A stretch of DNA of 21,144 bases from Longivirga aurantiaca (GCF_042660085.1 NZ_JBHSTI010000052.1:1-21144); one strand, 5' to 3'. Shown: positions 8,406 to 16,796, numbered from the stretch's first letter. The notes: generated by a model not told the origin, from the sequence alone. Translations and numbers: made by a program.

Positions 8406-9470
8406 TTAGGCGTTGACCTCGTGCGGGAGGTCGAGCGCCCCGTGCTCCGGGTTCGGGATCTGGCTGGGCGAGAGCCGCTTGCGGAACACCCAGTAGGTCC
8501 ACGACTGGTAGACGAGCACGACGGGCGTGAGGATCACGGCCACCCAGGTCATCACGGTGAGCGTGTACTCGGTGCTGGACGCGTTGCGGATCGTCAGCGT
8601 CGCCTCCGCGATCGTGCTGCTGGGCATCACGTTCGGGAAGAGGCAGGCGAAGAGGAACGCCACGACGCCGAGCATCGTGATGGCCGACGCGATGAACGCC
8701 CAGCCCTCGCGACCGAGGCGGTTGGCAGCGAGCGCGCCGACCCACGAGACCACCGCGACGGTCAGGAAGACCACCGAGACGATCGTGTTGTTGCTGTGGG
8801 CCAGCTGGGTCCATACGCCGAACAGAACCGCGAGCACGGCGGCCACGAGACCGACCTGGCCGGCGATCTTGTTCGCCCGCACGCGGATCTCGCCCTCGGT
8901 CTTGAGCGCCAGGAAGATCGCGCCGTGCGTCACGAAGAGCGTGAGCGTGACGAGACCGCCGAGCAGGCCGTACGGGTTGAGCAGCGTGAACAGGTTGCCG
9001 GTGAAGAGGCTGCCGCCGGCCGGGTTCGGCTCCATCGGCACGCCCGCGACGATGTTCGCGAACGCGACGCCCCACAGCAGCGCGGGGAGGAAGGAGCTGA
9101 TCACGATCGCCAGGTCCCAGCGCTTGCGCCAGGTCGGGTTGCTCCTCTTGCTGCGGAACTCGAACGACACACCGCGGACGATGAGGGCGACGAGGATCAG
9201 GAACAGCGCGAGGTAGAACCCGCTGAAGAGGGTGGCGTACCACTCCGGGAAGGCCGCGAACATCGCGCCGCCCGCAGTGAGGAGCCATACCTCGTTGCCG
9301 TCCCACACCGGGCCGAGCGTGGTGAGGACGGTACGGCGCTCGGCCTCGTTCTTCGCCACGACCGGGAGCAGGATGCCCACGCCGAAGTCGAAGCCCTCGA
9401 GGACGAAGTAGCCGATCCACAGGACCGCGATGAGCACGATCCAGACGTTCTGGAGCATCTCCAAGCTCAT
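8406..9470 (-). CDS. cydB: Cytochrome bd ubiquinol oxidase subunit II (CydB)
   Basis: 'NVWIVLIAVLWIGYFVLEGFDFGVGILLPVVAKNEAERRTVLTTLGPVWDGNEVWLLTAGGAMFAAFPEWYATLFSGFYLALFLIL' is characteristic of CydB. Confidence 0.97.
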   Translation of the reverse strand: MSLEMLQNVWIVLIAVLWIGYFVLEGFDFGVGILLPVVAKNEAERRTVLTTLGPVWDGNEVWLLTAGGAMFAAFPEWYATLFSGFYLALFLILVALIVRGVSFEFRSKRSNPTWRKRWDLAIVISSFLPALLWGVAFANIVAGVPMEPNPAGGSLFTGNLFTLLNPYGLLGGLVTLTLFVTHGAIFLALKTEGEIRVRANKIAGQVGLVAAVLAVLFGVWTQLAHSNNTIVSVVFLTVAVVSWVGALAANRLGREGWAFIASAITMLGVVAFLFACLFPNVMPSSTIAEATLTIRNASSTEYTLTVMTWVAVILTPVVLVYQSWTYWVFRKRLSPSQIPNPEHGALDLPHEVNA

Positions 9471-9488
9471 GATCAGACTCCAGTTCCG

Positions 9489-10898
9489 TCAGTAGGAGAA
9501 GGTCAGAGGCTGACCGTTGTTGGTGTCCTCGGCGTCGACCAGCTCGACCGTCTCCGGCGGGCCGATCTTCACCTGGCGGATCATGAGACCCACGGTGATC
9601 ACGGCGAGGCCGCCGTAGAGCAGGGTGAAGATCACGATCGTGATCCACGCCTGGCCCGCGGTGAGCGTCGGCGAGACGCCCGCCTCGGTCTTCATCAGGC
9701 CGTACACGATCCACGGCTGGCGACCCATCTCGGTGAAGATCCAGCCGGACGAGATGCCCATGAGCGGGAACAGCAGGGCGACGGCGGCGGTGCGCTTCAT
9801 CCAGCGACCCGACGGGATGTTGCCCTTGCGGGTGCGCCACGCGACGTAGACCGCGTAGAGGACTCCGAGGACTCCGAGACCGATCATGGCGCGGAAGGCC
9901 CAGAAGATGAGCGGGACGTACGGCGCGTACTCGCCCGGGCCGAAGGTCTGCTCGTACTCCGTCTGCAGGTCGTTGATGCCCTTGACGGTGCTCTCCGGAC
10001 CGCTCCAGTAGCCGGTGGCCATGAAGGAGGTGAGGCCGGGGATCTCGAGCGACCAGTAGGCCTCGCTGCCGTCCAAGCTTCCGATGGTGATGAGGCTGAA
10101 CGGTGCTGACTCGGTGGTCTCGTAGAGGGCCTCCGCGGCAGCCATCTTCATCGGCTGCTGCTGCACCATGATCTTGGCCTGCACGTCACCGGTGAAGATC
10201 ACGGCGACACCGGCGATGACGGTGGCGATCAGGCCGACGGTGAGCGACTTCTTCATGGCGCCGACCGAGCGACCGGTCGTCATGACGAGGAGGCTGACAC
10301 CGACGAGCATGACGCCGGACACGAGGAACGCGGACGTGATGACGTGCGCGAAGGTCGTGTACGCCGTGTTCTGGAAGAGCAGCTCGGCGAAGTTCTGCAG
10401 CTCGACGCGGTTGGTCTCCGGGTTGAACTTGTAGGCCACCGGGTGCTGCATGAACGAGTTCGCGGCGAGGATGAAGTACGCCGAGAGCATCGTGCCGATC
10501 GCCGCGGCCCAGATGGTCGCGAGGTGCAGCTTCTTGGGCAGGCGGTCCCAGCCGAAGATCCAGAGACCCAGGAACGTGGACTCCAGGAAGAACGATGCGA
10601 GAGCCTCGACGGCCAGCGGGGCGCCGAAGATGTCGCCGACGAAGCGCGAGTAGTCGCTCCACGCCATGCCGAACTGGAACTCCTGGACGATGCCGGTGAC
10701 GACACCCATCGCGAAGTTGATGAGGAAGAGCTTCCCGAAGAACTTCGTGGCCTTGAGCCACTTCTCGTCGCCGGTGCGGACCCACATGGTCTGCATGATC
10801 GCGACGAGCATCGAGGTGCCGATGGTCAGCGGCACGAACAGGAAGTGGTAGACGGTCGTGATGCCGAACTGCCACCGAGCGAGGTCAAGCGCGCTCAT
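9489..10898 (-). CDS. cydA: Cytochrome bd ubiquinol oxidase subunit I (CydA)
   Basis: 'LDLARWQFGITTVYHFLFVPLTIG', 'GVVTGIVQEFQFGMAWSDYSRFVGDIFGAPLAVEALASFFLESTFLGLWIFGWDRL' and 'GWIFTEMGRQPWIVYG' are characteristic of CydA. Confidence 0.97.
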   Translation of the reverse strand: MSALDLARWQFGITTVYHFLFVPLTIGTSMLVAIMQTMWVRTGDEKWLKATKFFGKLFLINFAMGVVTGIVQEFQFGMAWSDYSRFVGDIFGAPLAVEALASFFLESTFLGLWIFGWDRLPKKLHLATIWAAAIGTMLSAYFILAANSFMQHPVAYKFNPETNRVELQNFAELLFQNTAYTTFAHVITSAFLVSGVMLVGVSLLVMTTGRSVGAMKKSLTVGLIATVIAGVAVIFTGDVQAKIMVQQQPMKMAAAEALYETTESAPFSLITIGSLDGSEAYWSLEIPGLTSFMATGYWSGPESTVKGINDLQTEYEQTFGPGEYAPYVPLIFWAFRAMIGLGVLGVLYAVYVAWRTRKGNIPSGRWMKRTAAVALLFPLMGISSGWIFTEMGRQPWIVYGLMKTEAGVSPTLTAGQAWITIVIFTLLYGGLAVITVGLMIRQVKIGPPETVELVDAEDTNNGQPLTFSY

Positions 10899-11179
10899 AG
10901 AGGTATCCCCTCACGGACAATGGACGCACGCGGATGTGCAGTGGTCACTTTGCCGCTCGTCCGGGGGCGAACGAGGGCAGATCGCTGTGAGGTGGGTCGC
11001 GCAGGGCAGGCACACCTACCCCCGTCAGCCCCGAGCCGAGCACAGTGCACGCCGCAGCAGGTGAGGGTCGCCTACCTCGTCCCCATGCGTGGTCGCGGAC
11101 GACCCACCTCTGGCGCGATTCGGACCACGTGCTGCCCCGGCGGACTGAGCAGCGTGCACAGGGAGCAGGATGTGCGCCC

Positions 11180-12157
11180 GTGACCTCGGTGCCGGAGTTC
11201 GACGACCTCGTCGCACCCCGGCACGCCCTGAGGCCGGCGTCGACCGGCCAGGTCTGGGCCGCCCTCGTCACTGTCTACATCGTCTGGGGCTCGACGTACC
11301 TCGGGCTGAAGCTGGCGACCGAGACGATGCCGCCGCAGCTCGCCCTCGGTGCGCGCTTCCTCGTCGCCGGCAGCATCCTCGCGCTCTTCGTGGCGCTGCG
11401 GCGGGGTGCGGGTGCCCTGCGCGTGACGCGCCGCGAGCTCGCCGGGGCGGCGCTCGTGGGCGTGATGCTCCTCGGGGTCGGCATGAGCACGCTCGCGCTC
11501 GGGCAGGCCTACGTGCCCACCGGTGTCGCCGCGCTGCTCATCGCCGTGACTCCGGTGTTCATCGCGCTGCTGAGGTTCTCGGCGGGCGACCGGCCGTCGC
11601 TCGTCACCTGGCTCGGCATCGGCGTGGGCCTCGCCGGCATCGCCGTCCTGGTGCGCCCGGGCAGCAACGTCGAGGGCGTGGCGGGCGCGACCGCGCAGGA
11701 GCGCGCGTTCTGGTCCGTGATGATCGTGCTCGGCTCGGCGAGCTGGGCGATCGGCTCGTTCCTGCAGCAGCGCATCCCCACGCCGCAGGACACCGCGGTG
11801 ATGTCGACGTACGAGATGCTCGCGGGCGGGACGGCCCTCGTGCTGGTGGGGATGCTCCGCGGCGAGCGGTGGCCCGACCTGTTCGACGCGAGCGCGCGCT
11901 CGTGGGGAGGGTGGATATACCTCGTGACCGCCGGATCCCTCGTCGGGTTCTCGGCGTTCGTGTGGCTCATCGACCACGCGCCGATCTCGCTCGCCTCGAC
12001 GTACGCCTACGTCAACCCGGTGGTCGCCGTGGCCCTCGGCACGCTCGTGCTCGGCGAGAGCCTCACGAGCGGCGTCCTGATCGGGGGCGCCGTCATCATC
12101 GGGGGCGTGGCGCTCGTGGTGAGCGGCGAACGATTCACGCGCCGCGAGGGCACCTGA
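11180..12157 (+). CDS. EamA/DMT-superfamily drug/metabolite exporter (YedA/RhaT-like)
   Basis: 'VTVYIVWGSTYLGLKLATETMPPQLALGARFLVAGSILALF' plus a second EamA repeat ('GSASWAIGSFLQQRI...SVLAF-type...ASTYAYVNPVVAVALGTLVLGESL'). The track ORF starts at 11045, but GTG at 11180 has an AGGA ribosome-binding site and begins just before recognisable sequence. Confidence 0.9.
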   Translation: MTSVPEFDDLVAPRHALRPASTGQVWAALVTVYIVWGSTYLGLKLATETMPPQLALGARFLVAGSILALFVALRRGAGALRVTRRELAGAALVGVMLLGVGMSTLALGQAYVPTGVAALLIAVTPVFIALLRFSAGDRPSLVTWLGIGVGLAGIAVLVRPGSNVEGVAGATAQERAFWSVMIVLGSASWAIGSFLQQRIPTPQDTAVMSTYEMLAGGTALVLVGMLRGERWPDLFDASARSWGGWIYLVTAGSLVGFSAFVWLIDHAPISLASTYAYVNPVVAVALGTLVLGESLTSGVLIGGAVIIGGVALVVSGERFTRREGT

Positions 12158-12163
12158 AGGGCG

Positions 12164-12832
12164 TCAGGTCCGCGAGGTCAGGACGACGACGTCCTCGTCG
12201 CTCGGCGCGAGCCCGGTGAGCCCGGGCGTTCCGCACGACACCACGGTCGCCCGCTCCCACGGCCTGTCGTCAGCGAGGAACGGGTACTCCTCGCTCTGCC
12301 AGCGGTCCCAGAAGTCCGCGGCCTCGTCCGGGGTGCGACCGAGGACGACGTCGCGCTCGACACCGCGCCGGCGCCGCTCGTCCTCGTCGGACAGGACCCA
12401 CACCGTCGCGTCGTAGTGGTCGGCGAGGCTCGCGCGGCCGGCACCGACGCCCTCGACGAGGACCAGCGTCGACCCGGCGGGCACCTCGATCGCGCCGGAC
12501 CGTCCCAGCCGGTCCCAGGCCGGCGGGCGGTAGGTGACCGCGGCCCCCTCGCGGGCGGGCGCCAGGACGTGGGCGGCCATCAGGGCGTCCCAGTCGAAGA
12601 ACGACTCCTCCCAGGCCACGTCGTCGGTGTGCACGACGACCGAGCCCGGCACGAGCGCGGCGATGCGCCCGGCGATGGTCGACTTCCCGCTGCCCGAGCG
12701 GCCGTCCACGGCCACGAGCACCGGGCGCAGGCCCGGGTCGCCCGCGGCGTCGAGCAGACGGCGGACGACGAGGCGCACATCGCGGACGGCCCAGGTGCCC
12801 TGGACGGTCTCGACCTCGGGAAGCGTGATCAC
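12164..12832 (-). CDS. P-loop NTPase, uridine-kinase-like protein
   Basis: 'RPVLVAVDGRSGSGKSTIAGRIAALVPGSVVVHTDDVAWEESFFDWDAL...YRPPAWDRLGR...TLVLVEGVGAGR': Walker A plus a uridine-kinase-like layout. The long N-terminal extension of the track ORF (to 13417) is in a shadow frame of the GGDEF gene, so the start is probably GTG at 12832. Confidence 0.82.
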   Translation of the reverse strand: MITLPEVETVQGTWAVRDVRLVVRRLLDAAGDPGLRPVLVAVDGRSGSGKSTIAGRIAALVPGSVVVHTDDVAWEESFFDWDALMAAHVLAPAREGAAVTYRPPAWDRLGRSGAIEVPAGSTLVLVEGVGAGRASLADHYDATVWVLSDEDERRRRGVERDVVLGRTPDEAADFWDRWQSEEYPFLADDRPWERATVVSCGTPGLTGLAPSDEDVVVLTSRT

Positions 12833-12855
12833 CGGTCCAGGGTAGGACGTGGGGG

Positions 12856-12869
12856 TGCAAGCGGTTGCA
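12856..12869. promoter_or_regulatory. Candidate LacI/GalR-type operator upstream of the kinase-like gene
   Basis: TGCAAGCGGTTGCA: 5-bp inverted arms TGCAA/TTGCA around a central CG-containing tetranucleotide. It fits the TGNAANCG-type core of LacI-family operators and lies in the 49-bp gap between the kinase start and the upstream gene's stop. Confidence 0.35.
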
Positions 12870-12881
12870 GGGGCCACCCGA

Positions 12882-13979
12882 TCAGGCCGGTTCGTCGGCC
12901 GTGCGGTGCTCGTGCTCGGACGTGCGGGCGTCGGGCCCCGCGCCGGCCACCCCGTCGGTGGAGTTCGGCTCCTCCCGCTGCTCGGGGACGGCGCCGGAGC
13001 GGCTCGGCGCCGTCCGCGCGCGCTTGGCGTCGTACAGAACGCGGTCGGCGCGGTCGAGCGCGTCCCAGAGCTCCTCGTCGTCCTTCCAGGCGGCGAGGCC
13101 CCAGGTCCACGGGTGGTCGCTGGCGAGCGCGGCGCGGTGGATCGCGGAGTACGCCTCGGCCTCCGTGCTGCCGGGCAGGATGACGACGAACTCGTCGCCT
13201 CCGAACCGGGCCACGAGGTCGTGGGGGCGCAGCCGGCTGTGCAGGTCGTTGACCACCGAGCAGAGCAGGACGTCGCCGGCGATGTGGCCGTGGGTGTCGT
13301 TGAAGAGCTTGAACTCGTCGAGGTCGACGATCGCCACGGCCGTCGGCGACGCGGCGCGGGCGGCGACGGACCGGACCGCGCCGGCCTGCTGCTCGAGGCC
13401 GCGGCGGTTGAGCGCACCCGTCAGCGGGTCGATGTGGCTGAGGCGGTGCAGCTGGCTCACGAGGCCGTGGGTCACGATGCCGACGCTCGCGACGATCACG
13501 CTGGCGATGATCGCGAACAGCACCGTCGGCAGGACGGCGTGGATGACGACGGCAACGAGGTAGGCGGTGATCATCAGCACCAGGTGGCCGGCGAGCCTGC
13601 GGCGCGTGCTGAACAGCGCGGCCAGGAGGGCCAGCATCACGAGGCCGGTGCCGTTGAGCATCTGACCGATGGCGTCGGTGTTGTTGGTGATCACGAAGCC
13701 GAGCACGATCGAGCTGAAGGCGAGGGAGAGGTCCCAGAGCCACATCGCCACGCGCCCGACGACCGTCACCGTGAAGACCGCGACCGCCCCGGACAGTGCG
13801 GCCATGCCCGCGTTGAAGGTCCGCGAGGTGTCCGCGCCCTCCCCGGGGATCAGCGCGAACGACAGCAGGAAGAGGAACGCGAGGAACTGGGCACCGCCGA
13901 GGAGCACGACGGCTGCGCGCGGCGGGCGCTGGGACGGCGACGTACGCCAGTCGGCGACCGACATCAGACGTGACTCCAC
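12882..13979 (-). CDS. Membrane-associated GGDEF-domain protein (putative diguanylate cyclase)
   Basis: Several N-terminal transmembrane segments, then 'HIDPLTGALNRRGLEQQ...AIVDLDEFKLFNDTHGHIAGD...LRPHDLVARFGGDEFVVILPG'. It has an intact GGDEF motif and an RxxD (RPHD) five residues upstream, consistent with an I-site. Confidence 0.93.
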   Translation of the reverse strand: MESRLMSVADWRTSPSQRPPRAAVVLLGGAQFLAFLFLLSFALIPGEGADTSRTFNAGMAALSGAVAVFTVTVVGRVAMWLWDLSLAFSSIVLGFVITNNTDAIGQMLNGTGLVMLALLAALFSTRRRLAGHLVLMITAYLVAVVIHAVLPTVLFAIIASVIVASVGIVTHGLVSQLHRLSHIDPLTGALNRRGLEQQAGAVRSVAARAASPTAVAIVDLDEFKLFNDTHGHIAGDVLLCSVVNDLHSRLRPHDLVARFGGDEFVVILPGSTEAEAYSAIHRAALASDHPWTWGLAAWKDDEELWDALDRADRVLYDAKRARTAPSRSGAVPEQREEPNSTDGVAGAGPDARTSEHEHRTADEPA

Positions 13980-14045
13980 GCGCCCTCCTCTGGCGGTGAG
14001 CGTACGGGTCGGTCGCCGCCGACGACGACCGGCCTGCGCGGTTCG

Positions 14046-14363
14046 TCAGACCCGGTCGTTCAGCGCCAGCACCATCGACGGCAGACCGAGCGCGAGGCCG
14101 AGGAACACCCAGAACGCGGGCATCGCGGCCCCCCACGTGAGAGAGACGTCCCAGGTGTCGAGCTCGGTTCCGTTCACGATGAACGCGACGAGACCGCCGG
14201 TCCCGGCCAGGGCGACGGCGCCGCCGAGGTAGCGGTACGACTCGACGTACGACGCGTTGCGCACCGCGAGCTGCTGCTCGTCGAGGTACTCGCCGGGCAG
14301 GTCGGCGATGGTGCGCACGGAGACGCGCAGCAGGCCCCACATTCCGGCGGTCACGAGGACCAC
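14046..14363 (-). CDS. Small hypothetical membrane protein (two or more transmembrane segments)
   Basis: 105-aa ORF with hydrophobic stretches 'YLGGAVALAGTGGLVAFIV' and 'LTWGAAMPAFWVFLGLALGLPSMVLAL'. Several alternative starts are possible (14363, 14354, 14342). Confidence 0.6.
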   Translation of the reverse strand: MVLVTAGMWGLLRVSVRTIADLPGEYLDEQQLAVRNASYVESYRYLGGAVALAGTGGLVAFIVNGTELDTWDVSLTWGAAMPAFWVFLGLALGLPSMVLALNDRV

Positions 14364-14366
14364 CAG

Positions 14367-14576
14367 CAGGCCCTCGAGCCGCTCTACGGCTTCCGGTCGC
14401 TCGAGAGCTTCAAGGCCGAGTTCAAGCCGCGCGACGTGCCGCTCTACCTTGTCCTCCCGGACGAGGCCGCGCTGCCGCGGATCGGGCTCGCGCTCACCGA
14501 GGCGTTCCTGCCGGGGACGCCGCTGCCCCAGGTGGCGCTCGCCGGGGTGCAGGGCCTGCGCGAGGCCCGCGACTGA
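14367..14576 (+). pseudogene. C-terminal fragment of a phosphatidylglycerol lysyltransferase / DUF2156 (MprF/LysX-type) gene
   Basis: Manual translation of the + frame ending in TGA 14574-14576: ...HEDHQQALEPLYGFRSLESFKAEFKPRDVPLYLVLPDEAALPRIGLALTEAFLPGTPLPQVALAGVQGLREARD*. It resembles the conserved 'PLYxFRSLxxFKAKFxPRxxPLYLxxxDxxALPxIGLALxxAYLP' end of LPG synthases. The supplied track has no ORF in this frame here and the catalytic portion is absent upstream. The 5' boundary is approximate. Confidence 0.65.
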
Positions 14577-14586
14577 GCGTCGCGAA

Positions 14587-15507
14587 CTACTTCAGCAGCG
14601 CTGCTGCAGCGAGCAGGACGGGCACCGACCCCAGGGTGCTGAGCAGGATCGTGTCGCGCACGACCAGCTCGGCTGTGGCGTAGCGCTGGGCATAGTTGAA
14701 CGTGTTGTGAGCCGACGGCAGCGCGGCGAGCGCGACGACGACGAAGAGGTCGTGGCCCTCGAGCCCGAACACCCACGCTCCGAGCGCCCACGCCACCGCG
14801 GGCATCCCGATCACCTTGATCGCGGTGGCGAGCAGCACGTCCTTGCGCTCGGGCCCTGCCTGCAGCACGCGGATGCCGTGGAGCGAGGCGCCGTAGTTCA
14901 TCAGCAGCAGCGGCACCGTGGCGGCGCCGATGATGTGCAGCGGCTCCATGACGACGACGGGCACCGCGAGGCCCGTGGCACCGACCACCGCTCCGAGCAC
15001 CGAGGCGACCACCAGCGGGTTGCGCACCGGACCGAGCAGCACCTGGCCGACCGAGACCCGGCCCTTCGTGCTCGCATCGAGCACGGTGAGCGCGATCGGC
15101 GTGACGAGCACGAGCTGCGCCATGAGGATCGGGGCGACGTACGCCGCGCTGCCGAGCACGTAGACGGCCACCGGCAGACCGATGTTGTTGGAGTTGACGT
15201 ACCCCGCCGCGAGGGCGCCCATGGTCGTGTGCGCCACCGAGCGACGCCACATCACGCGCGCCACGACCGCAGAGGAGAGGTACGCCGCGACGGCGGCGAG
15301 GAGCGGCACCGCGAGCAGCGGGGAGAGCAGCTGGTCGGTGCTGGCGGTGGCGAGGATCGTGAACAGCAGGCAGGGCGCCAGGACGAAGAAGACGAGGCGC
15401 GCGAGGAGCGGTGCGGTGTCCGGCGTGATCACGCCGAGCCGGCCCGCGACGTAGCCCACGGCGATGACGGCCGCGATGATCGCGAACCCGCTCAGGACTC
15501 CGGACAC
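14587..15507 (-). CDS. AEC (auxin efflux carrier) family permease
   Basis: 'GFAIIAAVIAVGYVAGRLGVI...ARLVFFVLAPCLLFTIL...AAGYVNSNNIGLPVAVYVLG...NPLVVASVLG...LPSAHNTFNYAQRY' is typical of the AEC family. Confidence 0.9.
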   Translation of the reverse strand: MSGVLSGFAIIAAVIAVGYVAGRLGVITPDTAPLLARLVFFVLAPCLLFTILATASTDQLLSPLLAVPLLAAVAAYLSSAVVARVMWRRSVAHTTMGALAAGYVNSNNIGLPVAVYVLGSAAYVAPILMAQLVLVTPIALTVLDASTKGRVSVGQVLLGPVRNPLVVASVLGAVVGATGLAVPVVVMEPLHIIGAATVPLLLMNYGASLHGIRVLQAGPERKDVLLATAIKVIGMPAVAWALGAWVFGLEGHDLFVVVALAALPSAHNTFNYAQRYATAELVVRDTILLSTLGSVPVLLAAAALLK

Positions 15508-15644
15508 GCAGGTGAGTCTGACCGACGTCGTACCGGCCGCCCGGCCCGGCTCCCGGCCCGGCAGACCGCACGCGGGCCGGGGAAACCGTTGCGGCGTGCC
15601 CGAACGCCTCCCGCAGGCGTCGGCGCGTGCCTACGCTCGGAGGC

Positions 15645-16319
15645 ATGCAGGTGGAGATCAGCTCAGGCCCCGCGTTCGCATTCGGTGAGATCACGCTGCC
15701 CCCGGGCGGCTCGGTCAGTGTTGAGGCCGGCGCCATGGCCATGACGCGCGGCGACATCCAGATGGCGACGTCCACCCAGGGCGGCTTCATGAAGGGGCTC
15801 AAACGCACGCTCGGCGGCGAGAGCTTCTTCGTCAACGACTTCAGCTCGGGATCCGGCGGTGTCGTCGGTGTCGCCGCGGCGCTGCCCGGCGACCTCGACC
15901 ACATCATGCTCGACGGCTCGCGCGCGCTCATGGTGCAGAGCGGGTCGTGGATCGCGTCCGACCCCTCGATCGACGTCGACACGAAGTGGGGCGGCGGCAA
16001 GACCTTCTTCAGCGGCGAGGGCCTGCTCCTGCTGCGGTGCACGGGTGCCGGTGACCTGCTGGTGTCGGCGTACGGCGCGCTCCGCCCGTACACGCTCGGC
16101 GCGGGCGAGGTGCTCACGCTCGACACGGGCCACGTCGTCGCGTTCGACGAGGGCGTGACCTACAACGTGCGCAAGGCCGGCTCGTGGAAGTCGACCATCC
16201 TCGGCGCCGAGGGGCTCGTCACCGACTTCACCGGCCCCGGGCGCGTGTGGCTGCAGACCCGCAGCAGCAGCGACCTCATCCTCTGGATCCAGAGCAAGCT
16301 GCCTCCGCAGCGCAGCTGA
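15645..16319 (+). CDS. AIM24 family protein (TIGR00266-like)
   Basis: 'FAFGEITLPPGGSVSVEAGAMAMTRGDIQMATSTQGGFMKGLKRTLGGESFFVNDF...PGDLDHIML...GVTYNVRKAGSWKSTILGAEGLVTDFTGPGRVWLQTRS'. The start is ambiguous: GGAGG lies only 1 nt before ATG 15645 but 7 nt before GTG 15651. The track start is 15627. Confidence 0.9.
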   Translation: MQVEISSGPAFAFGEITLPPGGSVSVEAGAMAMTRGDIQMATSTQGGFMKGLKRTLGGESFFVNDFSSGSGGVVGVAAALPGDLDHIMLDGSRALMVQSGSWIASDPSIDVDTKWGGGKTFFSGEGLLLLRCTGAGDLLVSAYGALRPYTLGAGEVLTLDTGHVVAFDEGVTYNVRKAGSWKSTILGAEGLVTDFTGPGRVWLQTRSSSDLILWIQSKLPPQRS

Positions 16320-16336
16320 CACCGGTCGTACCCAGA

Positions 16337-16370
16337 CGGGTGGGCGCCACGATCCCGCGGCGCCCACCCG
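16337..16370. terminator. Strong GC hairpin, candidate bidirectional terminator
   Basis: CGGGTGGGCGCC-ACGATCCCGC-GGCGCCCACCCG: 12-bp perfect stem with a 10-nt loop, lying between the convergent stops at 16319 (+) and 16395 (-). There is no long T tract. Confidence 0.7.
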
Positions 16371-16394
16371 TTCTGCGTCGTCCCACCCGGCTGA

Positions 16395-16796
16395 TCAGCC
16401 CTTGGTGCCGACCTCTCCGCCGTGCGCGGCGAGGCCGAAGATGATGAGCACGTCGATGACGAGCACCGTGATCGCGAAGAGCGGGTACCACGGCAGCCAC
16501 GCGAACAGCGACAGCGCGCTGACGCCGGCGGCGATGATGCCCACGATGTTCGCCCAGCTCTTCCCCATGAAGACGAAGCAGCCCACGACGAACAGCAGCA
16601 GACCGATGGCCATGTGGATCCAGCCCCACGTGGTCACGTCGAGTCGCAGGACGTAGTTCTGCCCCACGACGAAGAACTCGTCGCTCAGAACACCCAAGAA
16701 CCCGATGAAGCCCTGCCAGAGTCCGGCCAGGAGCAGCATCCAGCCCGCGAACGTGACCCACCCGCTCGCAGCAGTCGGTCGCGGCTGTTCAGCCAT
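16395..16796 (-). CDS. DUF7144-like four-transmembrane membrane protein
   Basis: 'AASGWVTFAGWMLLLAGLWQGFIGFLGVLSDEFFVVGQNYVLRLDVTTWGWIHMAIGLLLFVVGCFVF' is typical of this small actinobacterial membrane family. ATG at 16796 is preceded by GGGAGG, so I prefer it to the track start at 16844. Confidence 0.8.
   Translation of the reverse strand: MAEQPRPTAASGWVTFAGWMLLLAGLWQGFIGFLGVLSDEFFVVGQNYVLRLDVTTWGWIHMAIGLLLFVVGCFVFMGKSWANIVGIIAAGVSALSLFAWLPWYPLFAITVLVIDVLIIFGLAAHGGEVGTKG

Noticed and set aside
6646-9840. 1064-aa minus-strand ORF across the cyd cluster
   Set aside because: It overlaps cydD, cydB and cydA, which have clear motifs in another frame. Its arginine/proline-rich translation is typical of a high-GC shadow frame. 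(It does contain fragments of real-looking sequence only because it runs in parallel with them.)
6816-10109. 1097-aa plus-strand ORF opposite cydD/cydB/cydA
   Set aside because: Antisense shadow ORF with low-complexity, highly charged composition (GRDVGREVAHAGG..., EQHREHGGHET) and no family motifs.
10931-10951. CRP/Rex-like dyad TGTGCAGTGGTCACT upstream of cydA
   Set aside because: The half-sites are imperfect and the spacing is one base short of the TGTGA-N6-TCACA consensus, and it does not fit the Rex operator either. Too weak to claim, though its position would be biologically sensible.
12829-14340. 503-aa minus-strand ORF over the GGDEF gene
   Set aside because: Same strand but a different frame from the clearly coding GGDEF protein; Arg/Ala/Pro-rich shadow.
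14593-14606. Perfect 14-bp palindrome CAGCAGCGCTGCTG
   Set aside because: It lies inside the last codons of the AEC permease (poly-Ala/Leu coding, GC-rich), so it is expected by codon composition.
14444-16126. 560-aa minus-strand ORF across the AEC and AIM24 genes
   Set aside because: It conflicts with two genes having strong family signatures, and its translation is an arginine-rich shadow.
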